A DNA stretch of 64,000 nt from Sulfolobales archaeon (lineage in GTDB: Archaea; Thermoproteota; Thermoprotei_A; Sulfolobales; AG1): positions 128,001 through 192,000 of the forward strand of contig JAWBYA010000004.1 in assembly GCA_038867615.1 (NCBI GenBank), read 5' to 3'. Shown here one piece after another: positions 1-9,554 of the stretch. Below the pieces are notes generated by a model. The model saw nothing but the letters and a program-made list of their open reading frames with translations. It did no database searches and was not told the DNA's origin. Position 1 is the first letter of the stretch. Every line of letters begins with the position of its first letter. The translations under genes were made by a program, and so were the position numbers.

Positions 1-2
1 AA

Positions 3-1307
3 GAAGGCTTAAGGGTTCTTTTGGTTGAGAGGGGCAGTATTATCGATAGGGGTGGGAATACTAAGTACACTAGAGACATTAGATATGCTCATGATAGTAA
101 GGATAGATATACTACAGGAGCTTATCCCTCTGATGAGTTCCTTAAAGAGATAATAGATTTTACTAAGGGTAAAACAGACGTAGATCTAGCTAGGATCGTT
201 GTCGAAAAATCCTATGAAATTCCTAGCTTCTTGGAGAAAGTTGGTGTTAAGCTTCAGGGAGCTCTCAAAGGTACCCTTCACCTCTCAAGAACAAACTTAT
301 TCCTCCTCGGTGGAGGTAAGGCTATGCTTAATTCCTATTATAAAAAAGCTGGAGAGCTTGGTGTTGATATAATCTATGAATCAGCTTTAGAGGATCTGGT
401 GATCTCTGGAGGAGAGTTCGAGGAAGCATTAATCTCCGTGAGGGGAAAAAGAATTAGTGTGAAGGGTAAAGCGATAGTAATCGCCTCGGGAGGCTTTGAG
501 GCTAATATCGAGTGGCTTAAGAGGTATTGGGGAAATGCTGCCGAGAACTTTATTGTGAGAGGCTCTAGATATAACGACGGCATGGGATTAAGGATCCTGC
601 TAGATAAGGGTGCAGAACCTGTGGGAGACCCTAAGGATATGCATGCAATGGCTGTGGATGCTAGATCACCTAAATATGATGGCGGGATGGTGACAAGAGT
701 CGATGCAATACCATTCGGAATCGTCGTAAATAAGCATGGCAAGAGATTCTATGACGAGGGAGAGGATCTCTGGTCGAAGAGATATGCTATATGGGGTAAG
801 CTTATAGCAGAGCAGCCTGACCAGATAGCCTTTGTGATCTATGATTCTAAATCACAAGGAATATTCATACCCCCGGCTTACCCCCCATATAGTGCTAACA
901 CCATAAAGGATCTAGCAGAGATCCTGGGCATAGATCCCCAATCCCTAGAGAAGACGGTAGCTGAGTATAACTCTAGCATAGAATGCAGAAGATTCGATCC
1001 GTCAGGGCTTGATGCGTGTAGAACAAAAGGAATAGATCCTCCGAAAAGTCATTGGGCAAGACCCATAGATACACCTCCATTCTACGCGTATCGCCTAAGA
1101 CCAGGCATAACATTCACCTATATGGGTGTGAGAGTCGATAGAAGTGGGAGAGTCCTCATGAGAGGCGGAGGGAGATTTAAAAACATATTCGCTGCTGGAG
1201 AGATCATGATGGGTAACATACTATCAAGGGGCTATCTAGCAGGCCTGGGCCTTACCATCGGAACTGTATTTGGATGGATCTCTGGTGAGGGTGCTGGTAA
1301 TGTCTAG
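3..1307 (+). CDS. tcuA: FAD-dependent tricarballylate dehydrogenase TcuA-like flavoprotein (5'-partial)
   Basis: Frame is open to the window start (EGLRVLLVER). Motifs GTLHLSRTN, ASGGFEAN, FYDEGEDLW, GITFTYMG, AAGEIMMGNIL..GYLAG; adjacent to a TcuB-like gene. Confidence 0.85.
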   Translation, partial: EGLRVLLVERGSIIDRGGNTKYTRDIRYAHDSKDRYTTGAYPSDEFLKEIIDFTKGKTDVDLARIVVEKSYEIPSFLEKVGVKLQGALKGTLHLSRTNLFLLGGGKAMLNSYYKKAGELGVDIIYESALEDLVISGGEFEEALISVRGKRISVKGKAIVIASGGFEANIEWLKRYWGNAAENFIVRGSRYNDGMGLRILLDKGAEPVGDPKDMHAMAVDARSPKYDGGMVTRVDAIPFGIVVNKHGKRFYDEGEDLWSKRYAIWGKLIAEQPDQIAFVIYDSKSQGIFIPPAYPPYSANTIKDLAEILGIDPQSLEKTVAEYNSSIECRRFDPSGLDACRTKGIDPPKSHWARPIDTPPFYAYRLRPGITFTYMGVRVDRSGRVLMRGGGRFKNIFAAGEIMMGNILSRGYLAGLGLTIGTVFGWISGEGAGNV

Positions 1308-2415
1308 GGCTAATAACAGTATATATAAACTCGATCTGTACGATGAGGCGTCAAGACAGCTCCTCCTATGCAACGCCTGTAGATATTGCGAGGGCTACTG
1401 TGCTGTTTTCCCAGCCATAGAGAGAAGGATCTCGTATGATAAAGGTTATATAGAATATATAGCCAATCTATGCCATGACTGCAGGAGCTGCTACCCTGCA
1501 TGCCCTTACATCCCCCCTCACGAATTCTCGATCAATATACCCATGCTCCTCAGCTCTATAAGGCTTGAGATTTATGCCAAATACACTTACCCCGAGAAAT
1601 TATCAAGGATCTTCTTTAAGAGGCCATTAGCATCCAGCCTGGTTGTAACTCTTATCAGTATAGCCGTCATGTGGCTCCTCGCCATAATAGTCGGAGATCC
1701 TTCTCGAATCTTCCAGAAACACTTGTACAGCGGTTCCTTCTACACAATCTTCCCTCACTGGACAATAGTTGCAGGAGGCCTTACACTATTAATATACATA
1801 ACCACTATAATGGTTGTGAGTTCCGTGAGGTATTGGAGAGCTATAAATAGAAATTCAAGCAGATCTATCACTATTGGGGTTATTATAGGAGCATTATGGG
1901 ATGCTATCTCCCATAAGTACTTCAGGGGCGGTGGAGCTGGCTGTGAGTATCCAGGAGAATTTGGGGGTTACAGGAGACTTTATATGCATCTTTTCCTCTT
2001 CCTAGGCTTTTTACTAGCAACAATGGCAACTATAGTAGCTGCGATCTATCAAGAGGCACTTGGCATAATGCCTCCTTATGACTACCTATCACTCCCGGTG
2101 ATCCTTGGAACCTCTGGCGGGATACTAATAACCATTGGGTGCTTCACGCTAATCTACTATAAAGCGAGAAGTGCAAGAACACTTATAGAGAGGAAGATGG
2201 CAGAATTGGATAGATTCATGCTACTCCTAATAGGCCTAATATCACTTACAGGGGTAGTCTTACTCATCTCAAGAGACACAGAGTATATGGGCTCGCTATT
2301 CATAACCCATATGGGGCTTGTTCTAGCCCTCTTCCTACTAGCCCCATATAGCAAGCTAATCCACATACCGTATAGAATCCTATCCTTAGCTAAGTATAGA
2401 CTAGAAACCGGGTAA
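1300..2415 (+). CDS. tcuB: Tricarballylate utilization 4Fe-4S membrane protein TcuB
   Basis: CNACRYCEGYCAVFPA and CHDCRSCYPAC Fe-S motifs followed by TM helices and PYSKLIH. ATG 1300 overlaps the tcuA stop. Confidence 0.88.
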   Translation: MSRANNSIYKLDLYDEASRQLLLCNACRYCEGYCAVFPAIERRISYDKGYIEYIANLCHDCRSCYPACPYIPPHEFSINIPMLLSSIRLEIYAKYTYPEKLSRIFFKRPLASSLVVTLISIAVMWLLAIIVGDPSRIFQKHLYSGSFYTIFPHWTIVAGGLTLLIYITTIMVVSSVRYWRAINRNSSRSITIGVIIGALWDAISHKYFRGGGAGCEYPGEFGGYRRLYMHLFLFLGFLLATMATIVAAIYQEALGIMPPYDYLSLPVILGTSGGILITIGCFTLIYYKARSARTLIERKMAELDRFMLLLIGLISLTGVVLLISRDTEYMGSLFITHMGLVLALFLLAPYSKLIHIPYRILSLAKYRLETG

Positions 2416-2683
2416 GACGACAGCTCATCACGAGCCTAAGATCCATAACATTATACGTAGCATTAACTTCGATCTGTTGCCGCGTTTCTCCTAATTTCTT
2501 TTAACACCACATATAAGATCCTTGACGATGCATGAAATAATACCCAAATTAAACAGAGGTTCCGTTAGTGTAACCAAGGGGCAAAGAGAATGGTAGCTAA
2601 TAGATCACTTGATGCTATATAGACTAAGGGGTCGTGAGGACTCTTCAGTTTGAGATTACCTAATTAGAGTTTTACCTTATATA

Positions 2684-3661
2684 CTATGTTTTCTTAAATG
2701 GTTTCATTAGGGCTGATGGGGGTTTTGCTCTTCTTCCCAGTACTAGGATTATCAGTATTACTGCTATGTATGGTATCATGTTGAAGAAGTAGTATCTTCT
2801 AGCAAGTTCTAGGCTGCTGGATGCTATGCTTAGCTGTAGTGCGTCTATATATGAGAGTGCTAGTGATGCTATGAAGGTTCTCACAGGATCCCAGTTTCCT
2901 GCGTATATCATTGCGAGTGCCATGAAGCCTCTGCCGGCTGTCATGCCATGTCTGAAGTCTCCTAGGTATGATATTGATAGATAGGCTCCTGCTATCGAGG
3001 CCATTATTCCTCCATATATTGTGGCAAGGATCCTAACCCTGTTGACATTAATCCCTATGGCATCTGCAGACGCTGGATCCTCTCCAACCGAGGTTACTGT
3101 TAAGCCCCACAGTGTTTTTCTGAGGAAGATATAGGTTATCGGTACAAGGGCTAGAGAGACCACTACTAGGGGGCTTGTTAGTGATACGACGAGCTCTGCA
3201 ACCTCTCTTGAACCGAGGATCGGGGTTATGCTACTCACGCTCAATGGGCTTCCAAGGGTTTTCACAGAAACCCCTACAGGGGCCATTGAGTTATATAGAG
3301 CCCCAGTTACTCCCAGTCCGAAGAGCCAGAGCCCGAGGCCTGCAGCAGCCTGGTTAACTCCGAGAACCACCGCTATGTATGAGAAGAAAATGGAGATCAC
3401 GAGTCCCGAGAGTATGGCTGCTAGAAGTCCTGCTAGTGGATCACCATATGCTACTGTAACCATATATGCTGTGAAAGCTCCCACCAGCATTATACCCTCG
3501 ATACCCAGGTTGAGGACACCGCTTTTCTCTGTTACGAGCTCGCCCATGCTTGCAAACAGTATTGTTGGAAGGATTCTGAGGGATATTGCTAGCGAGATAA
3601 GCAAAATGGGGGTTGTTATGAGGAGCTCGAGAGATTTTATAAGCTCAGGCGGTAGCTGCAC
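2684..3661 (-). CDS. ABC transporter permease (nucleoside/BMP-associated type)
   Basis: EKSGVLNLGIEG, GEDPASADAIGINV and AGRGFMALA motifs; likely GTG start at 3661 after a G-rich RBS. Confidence 0.88.
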   Translation of the reverse strand: MQLPPELIKSLELLITTPILLISLAISLRILPTILFASMGELVTEKSGVLNLGIEGIMLVGAFTAYMVTVAYGDPLAGLLAAILSGLVISIFFSYIAVVLGVNQAAAGLGLWLFGLGVTGALYNSMAPVGVSVKTLGSPLSVSSITPILGSREVAELVVSLTSPLVVVSLALVPITYIFLRKTLWGLTVTSVGEDPASADAIGINVNRVRILATIYGGIMASIAGAYLSISYLGDFRHGMTAGRGFMALAMIYAGNWDPVRTFIASLALSYIDALQLSIASSSLELARRYYFFNMIPYIAVILIILVLGRRAKPPSALMKPFKKT

Positions 3662-4739
3662 TAGGCCTCCACCCCCTGATATACTCCACAATTGTTATAG
3701 CTACCATAACAGTTCCAACAAAAACCCATGTTATCGCGTAAGGCGCGCCACTAACCCTTTGCAAGCTCTCGCTACCGATTATCACGAACGATATGAATAT
3801 AGATGCGAGAGCCGTGCCAACGATCTTCGCCCTTCCAAGGGCTGCTGCGAGGACCGCTAGGTAGCCAAACCCATGATCTATCTGTCCCGAGTCAAGTCTA
3901 TAGAGCACCCCCATGATATGGAGCGCTCCTGACAAACCTGCTGTAAAGCCTGCAAAGAGCATTAAGGCCACAACGATCCTAAATACATTTATACCTGCAT
4001 ACGAGGCAAGCCTCCAGCTCCTCGCAACAACCCCCAAGTGTGTTTCTAACGGTGATCTCTCAACAACTATATAGAGTATGATAGCCATAGCTAGTGTGAT
4101 AAATAGTGCATAGCTAAGCCTAGTATCCTCCCACACAAAACCAACACCGGAGGACGTCTCGATTGCTCTAGGGTATTTCAGCAGGGCTGGAAATCTCAAC
4201 TCGCTTGGCAGAACATCGGAGAGAAGATAGCCAAAGGAACCCTGCCCCCTTATAGGACCGTCGAGGGCGTAGAGAGTAAAGCTTGACGCCACGATGTTTA
4301 GAAGAAGAGTCGTGACAATCTCATTAACACCAAACCTAGCCTTGAGCAGAGCAGGCACCAAAGCCCAGGCCATTGCGAAAAACCCTGCTCCCAGCATCAT
4401 TGTAGTCATTGTGAGGGCTGGATGAGGTGTTGAGAGGCTCTTAGCTATGAAGAGAGTCATTACAGCGCCTACTAGGAATTGCCCCTCACCCCCGATATTC
4501 CATAGCCCGGCTTTGAGGGCTATAGCCACGCCTAGAGCTATAGTATAGATCGCTATGAATCTAACAAGCACCTCTGAGAAATTAAACAAATCTGCGAATG
4601 GCGAGACCGCCAGAATACCCAAGGAATCGAGGAACCCTATGTTATATGTAATTGCTACCGTTGATGCAGCCATAAATCCTGCTAGGATTGCTACTATATA
4701 TAACGTGATCGTGAGGAAAGCCTCTTTAGCCCTCTTCAT
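3645..4739 (-). CDS. ABC transporter permease (nucleoside/BMP-associated type)
   Basis: GLWNIGGEGQ, NEIVTTLLLN, YAGIN motifs; polytopic membrane protein. Confidence 0.88.
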   Translation of the reverse strand: MKRAKEAFLTITLYIVAILAGFMAASTVAITYNIGFLDSLGILAVSPFADLFNFSEVLVRFIAIYTIALGVAIALKAGLWNIGGEGQFLVGAVMTLFIAKSLSTPHPALTMTTMMLGAGFFAMAWALVPALLKARFGVNEIVTTLLLNIVASSFTLYALDGPIRGQGSFGYLLSDVLPSELRFPALLKYPRAIETSSGVGFVWEDTRLSYALFITLAMAIILYIVVERSPLETHLGVVARSWRLASYAGINVFRIVVALMLFAGFTAGLSGALHIMGVLYRLDSGQIDHGFGYLAVLAAALGRAKIVGTALASIFISFVIIGSESLQRVSGAPYAITWVFVGTVMVAITIVEYIRGWRPSAATA

Positions 4740-4810
4740 GAGATTCCCCAGCCTCCGGTAAGTGGTGATCAGAGAAATATAAAAAGAGCCATAAACTTTA
4801 GGACTATCTC

Positions 4811-6004
4811 TTATCCCTTAAATGTTACCTTAGCAGCTGTTGGCTTGCACTCTGGAAGATCTGGGTTATCGAAGCATTTGAAAACCCCTTTAGCCGGATC
4901 TACGTCGAAGTATATCTTCAGAAGCCCCATCAATATCATGTTCTGGTATCTCAAGGCCTTGCTTTTCACATCCTCAGGAACCTTCGGTCCAAAGCTGACC
5001 TTGATTATTCCTGAAGCCATTGTGGCTGTGAGGAAACCATATTGCCAGTTATCTGTGACTTTATCTACGAGTGCCTTTGAAAACACCACATCCCAGTTAA
5101 ACACTATAGATCCTAGGAGCGTGTCCATAGGCTTAACCCTAGGTATATCCACATATACCGTTGTGAACCACGCCTTCCTCTCAGAAGCTGCTAGGGATAC
5201 ACCAACGTCTATACCATCGCCGCTCGAGAATATAACATCAGCTCCCTGTGCTATAAAGCTCTCCGCAGCTCTCCTAGCCCCAGCCACGTCCGCCCATGAG
5301 AGCGGTGCGTAGTACTCGAGGAACCTTACGTTGGGGTTAACTAGGAGGACGCCCGCTTTGAATGCCTCGTGCCCAGCCCATATGGATGGAACCCTTCCAC
5401 CGCCTATGAGGCCTATAACATTGCTTTTGGTTAAGAGGCCTGCAGCAATTCCGAGGACAAAGGCGCCTTCCTCCAGAGTCATCCATATATTATAAACATT
5501 CGGTGCTCCTATCTGGAAGCAGTCAACACATACAAACAAAGTCTTAGGGAATTGGGGTGCTATTTTCTGAGCCATCTCCATATACTGTATCCCCTGGAGT
5601 ATTATCACATCATAACCCCTCCTAGCAAGATCGATAGCTACTGGTTCTGCCTTAGTCCCGTCGAAAAGCTGCCTATGTATAGATAGATTGAATCCATAGA
5701 TCTCCTGGAGTTTTGTGGCTGCATACCATGCAGCATAGTTCCATGACAGATCCGTCTCGTCTATTGGCAATATAAGCCCTACTTTAAGCTGTGATAGGGG
5801 TGACGCGGCTCTCGCAGCAGGACTCGCTGTAACTGTAACATACGATGTTACGGTCTGTGTAGCCTGGGCAGCACCTGGTACCGTAACTGTCTGTGTTACT
5901 ACACTCGGTGTTCTCACCCATCCATATGCTGCTACTCCTGCCAGTATCACTATTACTATTAATAAACCCAGTGTTTGCATAGATACTCCAAGACGGTTTG
6001 CCAT
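4811..6004 (-). CDS. BMP-family ABC transporter substrate-binding protein, membrane-anchored
   Basis: N-terminal TM plus Thr-rich linker; DLSWN, AGLLTKSNVIGLIGG, FKAG, GADVI motifs. Confidence 0.85.
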   Translation of the reverse strand: MANRLGVSMQTLGLLIVIVILAGVAAYGWVRTPSVVTQTVTVPGAAQATQTVTSYVTVTASPAARAASPLSQLKVGLILPIDETDLSWNYAAWYAATKLQEIYGFNLSIHRQLFDGTKAEPVAIDLARRGYDVIILQGIQYMEMAQKIAPQFPKTLFVCVDCFQIGAPNVYNIWMTLEEGAFVLGIAAGLLTKSNVIGLIGGGRVPSIWAGHEAFKAGVLLVNPNVRFLEYYAPLSWADVAGARRAAESFIAQGADVIFSSGDGIDVGVSLAASERKAWFTTVYVDIPRVKPMDTLLGSIVFNWDVVFSKALVDKVTDNWQYGFLTATMASGIIKVSFGPKVPEDVKSKALRYQNMILMGLLKIYFDVDPAKGVFKCFDNPDLPECKPTAAKVTFKG

Positions 6005-6101
6005 AATATATCTCCGGTGAGTGTAGCAATTAGGGGTTAATAAACATTGCTATTCATTACGGTACTATTCTTCGATTTCTAACCATTAGTATTTATTCTT
6101 A

Positions 6102-6119
6102 TAATATATTAATATATTA
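6102..6119. promoter_or_regulatory. Perfect 18-bp AT palindrome in the divergent ABC promoter region
   Basis: TAATATATTAATATATTA is self-complementary and lies between the divergent BMP and ATPase genes. Confidence 0.35.
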
Positions 6120-6223
6120 ATCTATGCAGATATATCGATACATTATCTTTGAGCTTTTGATTTTATAGCACTATTATATAAATCCCAGATTAGGATAAGT
6201 GAAAATGACAGGGCTGACAGACC

Positions 6224-7798
6224 GTGGGCGAGAAAGGTAAAGAGCACGTGATCCTAAAGGCCGTTGGAATAACTAAGAGGTTTGGGAGTATTATTGCTAA
6301 CAACAATATCTCGCTGGAATTGTATAAGTCAGAGATCCACGGACTCTTGGGCGAGAACGGGTCTGGAAAAACCACGCTATGTAGGATCATCTATGGGCAG
6401 TTGAAACCAGACTCGGGTAAGATCTATGTTGACGGTATTGAGACGAGGTTCAACAGCCCAAGGGATGCTATAAGAGCTGGGATAGCTATGGTTCACCAGG
6501 AGCTCTCATTAATACCAACCCTAACTGTGTCTGAGAACGTAGCGCTTGCAAAGATGAACAGCTTCAAAATACCGAGAGAGAAGATCTATGAGGAGATCCT
6601 CGAGCTTGGCGAGAGGTTCGGGATAAAGGTGCCTCCCGATGTACCTATAAACAGGCTCTCATATGGCGAAAGACAGAGGGTAGAGATCCTCAAGGCCCTA
6701 TCCTTAGGCGCAAGGATACTAATCATGGATGAGCCCACAACCTATTTAACCAATATAGAAAGCGAAGATCTATTTAAATCGCTTAAGAACATGGTCTCTG
6801 AAGGGCTAACAATATTATTCGTGTCCCACAGAATCAACGAGATCCTATCCATAACCGATAGAGTAACTATCCTGAGGGCCGGAAAAGTAGTTGGCAGCGG
6901 TATCACCAAAGAACTCTCCAGGGAAAAGCTTGTAGAGATGATCGTTGGTAATAGGATTGCCGAGAAAACCCCTGCCTCTTCAGAGGAGACTTCCGCAGGC
7001 GAGGTCGCAATATCGATCAGGGATCTATATGTTATGGGCGACGTGGGTCAAACATCTGTAAACGGTGTGAACCTAGATCTATACTACGGCGAGGTTCTGG
7101 GAATAGCTGGTGTCGAGGGTAATGGGCAGAGAGAGCTCGTAGAAGCCATAATAGGGTTGAGAAGACCGCTAAGAGGGTCTGTGAAGATAAATAACGTTGA
7201 TGCAAGCAACTTTACCCCCAGAAAGATTAGGGAGCTCGGGGTTGCCTATGTACCAGAAGATCCTGGAGTGGCGCTCGTCCTAGACTACCCGATCTTCAGA
7301 AACCTGATCATCTCCCCAATAGTTACCAACATGTATCTCAAAGGAAAGATCCTTCTCGATATTAACAGGGTTAAAGAAGCCATCAGAGCCTTGATAAAGA
7401 TCTACTCAATGAGGGTTGAAAAACCAGAGCAGATAACATCGACACTCTCTGGCGGGACTAAACAGAAGCTCGTGGTGGGGAGAGAACTACACGTAGAACC
7501 AAAGATCCTTATACTATATAACCCAAGCAAAGGGCTAGATGTCGCGACTTCGGAGCATCTGAAACAGATAATAATAAACGAGAAGAAGAAGGGTAAGGCC
7601 GTGCTTATCTACTCAGCAGATCTTGACGAACTAGTGGAAATGAGCGACAGGATAGCTGTAATGTATGGCGGAAGAATAGTAGCAATATTTAGAAAAAATG
7701 ATGAGGATCTTCTATACAGAATCGCCCATACAATGACAACAGGCAATGATCCTGGGGCTAGGAAGAAACAACCAGATCGATCTATAGCGCCTGAATAG
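6224..7798 (+). CDS. ABC transporter ATP-binding protein with two ABC domains (sugar/nucleoside type)
   Basis: Walker A GENGSGKTT, LSYGERQ, IMDEPT; second domain GVEGNGQ, LSGG. Confidence 0.92.
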   Translation: MGEKGKEHVILKAVGITKRFGSIIANNNISLELYKSEIHGLLGENGSGKTTLCRIIYGQLKPDSGKIYVDGIETRFNSPRDAIRAGIAMVHQELSLIPTLTVSENVALAKMNSFKIPREKIYEEILELGERFGIKVPPDVPINRLSYGERQRVEILKALSLGARILIMDEPTTYLTNIESEDLFKSLKNMVSEGLTILFVSHRINEILSITDRVTILRAGKVVGSGITKELSREKLVEMIVGNRIAEKTPASSEETSAGEVAISIRDLYVMGDVGQTSVNGVNLDLYYGEVLGIAGVEGNGQRELVEAIIGLRRPLRGSVKINNVDASNFTPRKIRELGVAYVPEDPGVALVLDYPIFRNLIISPIVTNMYLKGKILLDINRVKEAIRALIKIYSMRVEKPEQITSTLSGGTKQKLVVGRELHVEPKILILYNPSKGLDVATSEHLKQIIINEKKKGKAVLIYSADLDELVEMSDRIAVMYGGRIVAIFRKNDEDLLYRIAHTMTTGNDPGARKKQPDRSIAPE

Positions 7799-7944
7799 CC
7801 AACCACATGATCCCGACTATCCATTCTCGATAATCCGGTCTAAAAATCCACATGATATATCCTAGACCTCAAACGATGCGAATATAGATGGAAAACCCCA
7901 TATCTTCTCCCTAACTAGCCTGGAAGCGCTCAATCGCCCATACC

Positions 7945-9147
7945 CTATTTTGAGGACGCTATAGCGATCCCGCTGCTGATGAGCTTTTCTATTTCGCTGT
8001 CCCCATACCCAAGCTCTCTGAGGATCTCTACTGTATGTTCTCCCAGGAGCGGTGGGGGTCTATAAACCCTGCCAGGTGTTCTGCTCATCTTTAGCGGTGT
8101 TCCCAGGGTCTTGAATCTTCCATACTTTGGATGTTCAAGCTCGATCACCATTTTCCTATGCATCACATGGGGATCGCCGAGAGCCTCGCTAACCTTGTTC
8201 ACGGGGGCCACGGGGATCCCTGATTTCTCGAGGATCTCAATCCACTCTCTAGTTGTTCTGGTTTTAAATGTTTTCTCAAGCTCTTCTACAAGCTGGGCCC
8301 TGTTTCTAACCCTGTCGGGGTTGCTGGCGAATCTCGGGTCTCCCAATAGATCTTCTCTCCCTATTGCTCTAGCGAATACTTGCCAAAGTCTATCATTCCC
8401 CACACCCACAACTATATAGCCATCCTTTGTCTCTAGAGCCTGGTATGGTGCTATGCTTGGGTGGGCTGAGCCTAGGCGCTCAGGATCTCTCCCTGTGGCG
8501 AGGTAGTTGAGGGCTTGGTGTGATAGGATTAGGATCTGTGTGTCCAGGAGGGAGAGATCTATATACTGCCCCTCCCCCGTCCTCTCCCTATGATATAGAG
8601 CTGCCAGTATAGCTACAGCAGCCATGATCCCCGTAGTTATATCGGCTATCGGTACACCGAACTTCACCGGAGGTCTCCCAGGCTCGCCAGTTATATCCAT
8701 AAGCCCACTCATTGCGAGGGCTATCAAATCATACCCAGGCTTATCCCTATAAGGACCTTCCTGACCAAAGCCAGATATGCTGCAATATATTATCCTCGGA
8801 TTTATCTTCGAGAGCCTCTCATACCCTATACCAAGCCTATCAGCAGTCCCCGGCCTGAAATTCTCAACAACTATATCAACGCTTCTGGCAATCCTGTCAA
8901 TGATCTCTAGGGCTCCGGGTTTCTTAAGATCTATAGCAATACTCCTCTTATTCCTGTTAACACTTATGAAGTAAGCAGACACACCATTAATATCAGGAGG
9001 CATCCAGCTCCTCGACTCATCACCCTCAGGAGGCTCCACCTTGATCACATCAGCCCCAAGATCTCCTAACAACATTGTAGCAAAGGGGCCAGCCATAGCT
9101 CTTGTAAAATCGAGAACCCTGATACCCTCCAAAGGAGTGCTAATCAC
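7945..9147 (-). CDS. CaiB/BaiF (class III) CoA-transferase
   Basis: [37 protein letters not shown] motifs; likely GTG start at 9147. Confidence 0.92.
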   Translation of the reverse strand: MISTPLEGIRVLDFTRAMAGPFATMLLGDLGADVIKVEPPEGDESRSWMPPDINGVSAYFISVNRNKRSIAIDLKKPGALEIIDRIARSVDIVVENFRPGTADRLGIGYERLSKINPRIIYCSISGFGQEGPYRDKPGYDLIALAMSGLMDITGEPGRPPVKFGVPIADITTGIMAAVAILAALYHRERTGEGQYIDLSLLDTQILILSHQALNYLATGRDPERLGSAHPSIAPYQALETKDGYIVVGVGNDRLWQVFARAIGREDLLGDPRFASNPDRVRNRAQLVEELEKTFKTRTTREWIEILEKSGIPVAPVNKVSEALGDPHVMHRKMVIELEHPKYGRFKTLGTPLKMSRTPGRVYRPPPLLGEHTVEILRELGYGDSEIEKLISSGIAIASSK

Positions 9148-9242
9148 ACATTTTCCCCATTTATTGAGATGATGCAAAGAATATAAAACACATACAGGCT
9201 ATATAGATTTCCACACATTTCACGAGAATCGCTAGCCTATAA

Positions 9243-9453
9243 CTGTTTGTCCTTGGATGTTCATTCCAATCACTTTATTTTTATTCATGGTCACATCCAG
9301 GGACTTCCACCTCTACCCTCAGGATCTCATCCTGCTGGTTCATGGGCGGCCGTTGAGCCAAACGGCACTTAACCCCCATCTAGCTTCAAGGGATCATTCT
9401 CTGGATGGCTTAGAGCAATGTTTCCATTACTATCCAGGATCGATATAGAGACC
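9243..9453 (-). mobile_element. Non-autonomous element (MITE-like), probably derived from an IS200/IS605 tnpB element; copy 1
   Basis: Colinear similarity to 43471-43660 and weaker similarity to 61345-61483 and 62630-62790. Minus strand reads VPFGSTAAHEP..RWKSL..GMNIQGQT, which I recall as resembling crenarchaeal tnpB C-terminal tails. Confidence 0.6.
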
Positions 9454-9554
9454 AAATCATCAAGAAAAACCACCCCAATCAAAGCCTATAAATACTTTTT
9501 ACAAATACCAAAAAGAAAATAGCCCTATATATAGTATTTGGGAAAAAATCTAGA

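Noticed and set aside
2405-2432. GTGATGA on the minus strand near the tcuB end
   Set aside because: No properly spaced CTGA D' or D boxes.
3175-3860. Antisense/shadow ORFs throughout the track (e.g. 3228-3860, 4845-5312, 12758-13387, 40249-40686, 51310-51750)
   Set aside because: They lie opposite or within well-supported genes and have no recognisable motifs.
9257-9448. 63-aa ORF
   Set aside because: It coincides with the dispersed non-coding element and is not kept open in other copies.
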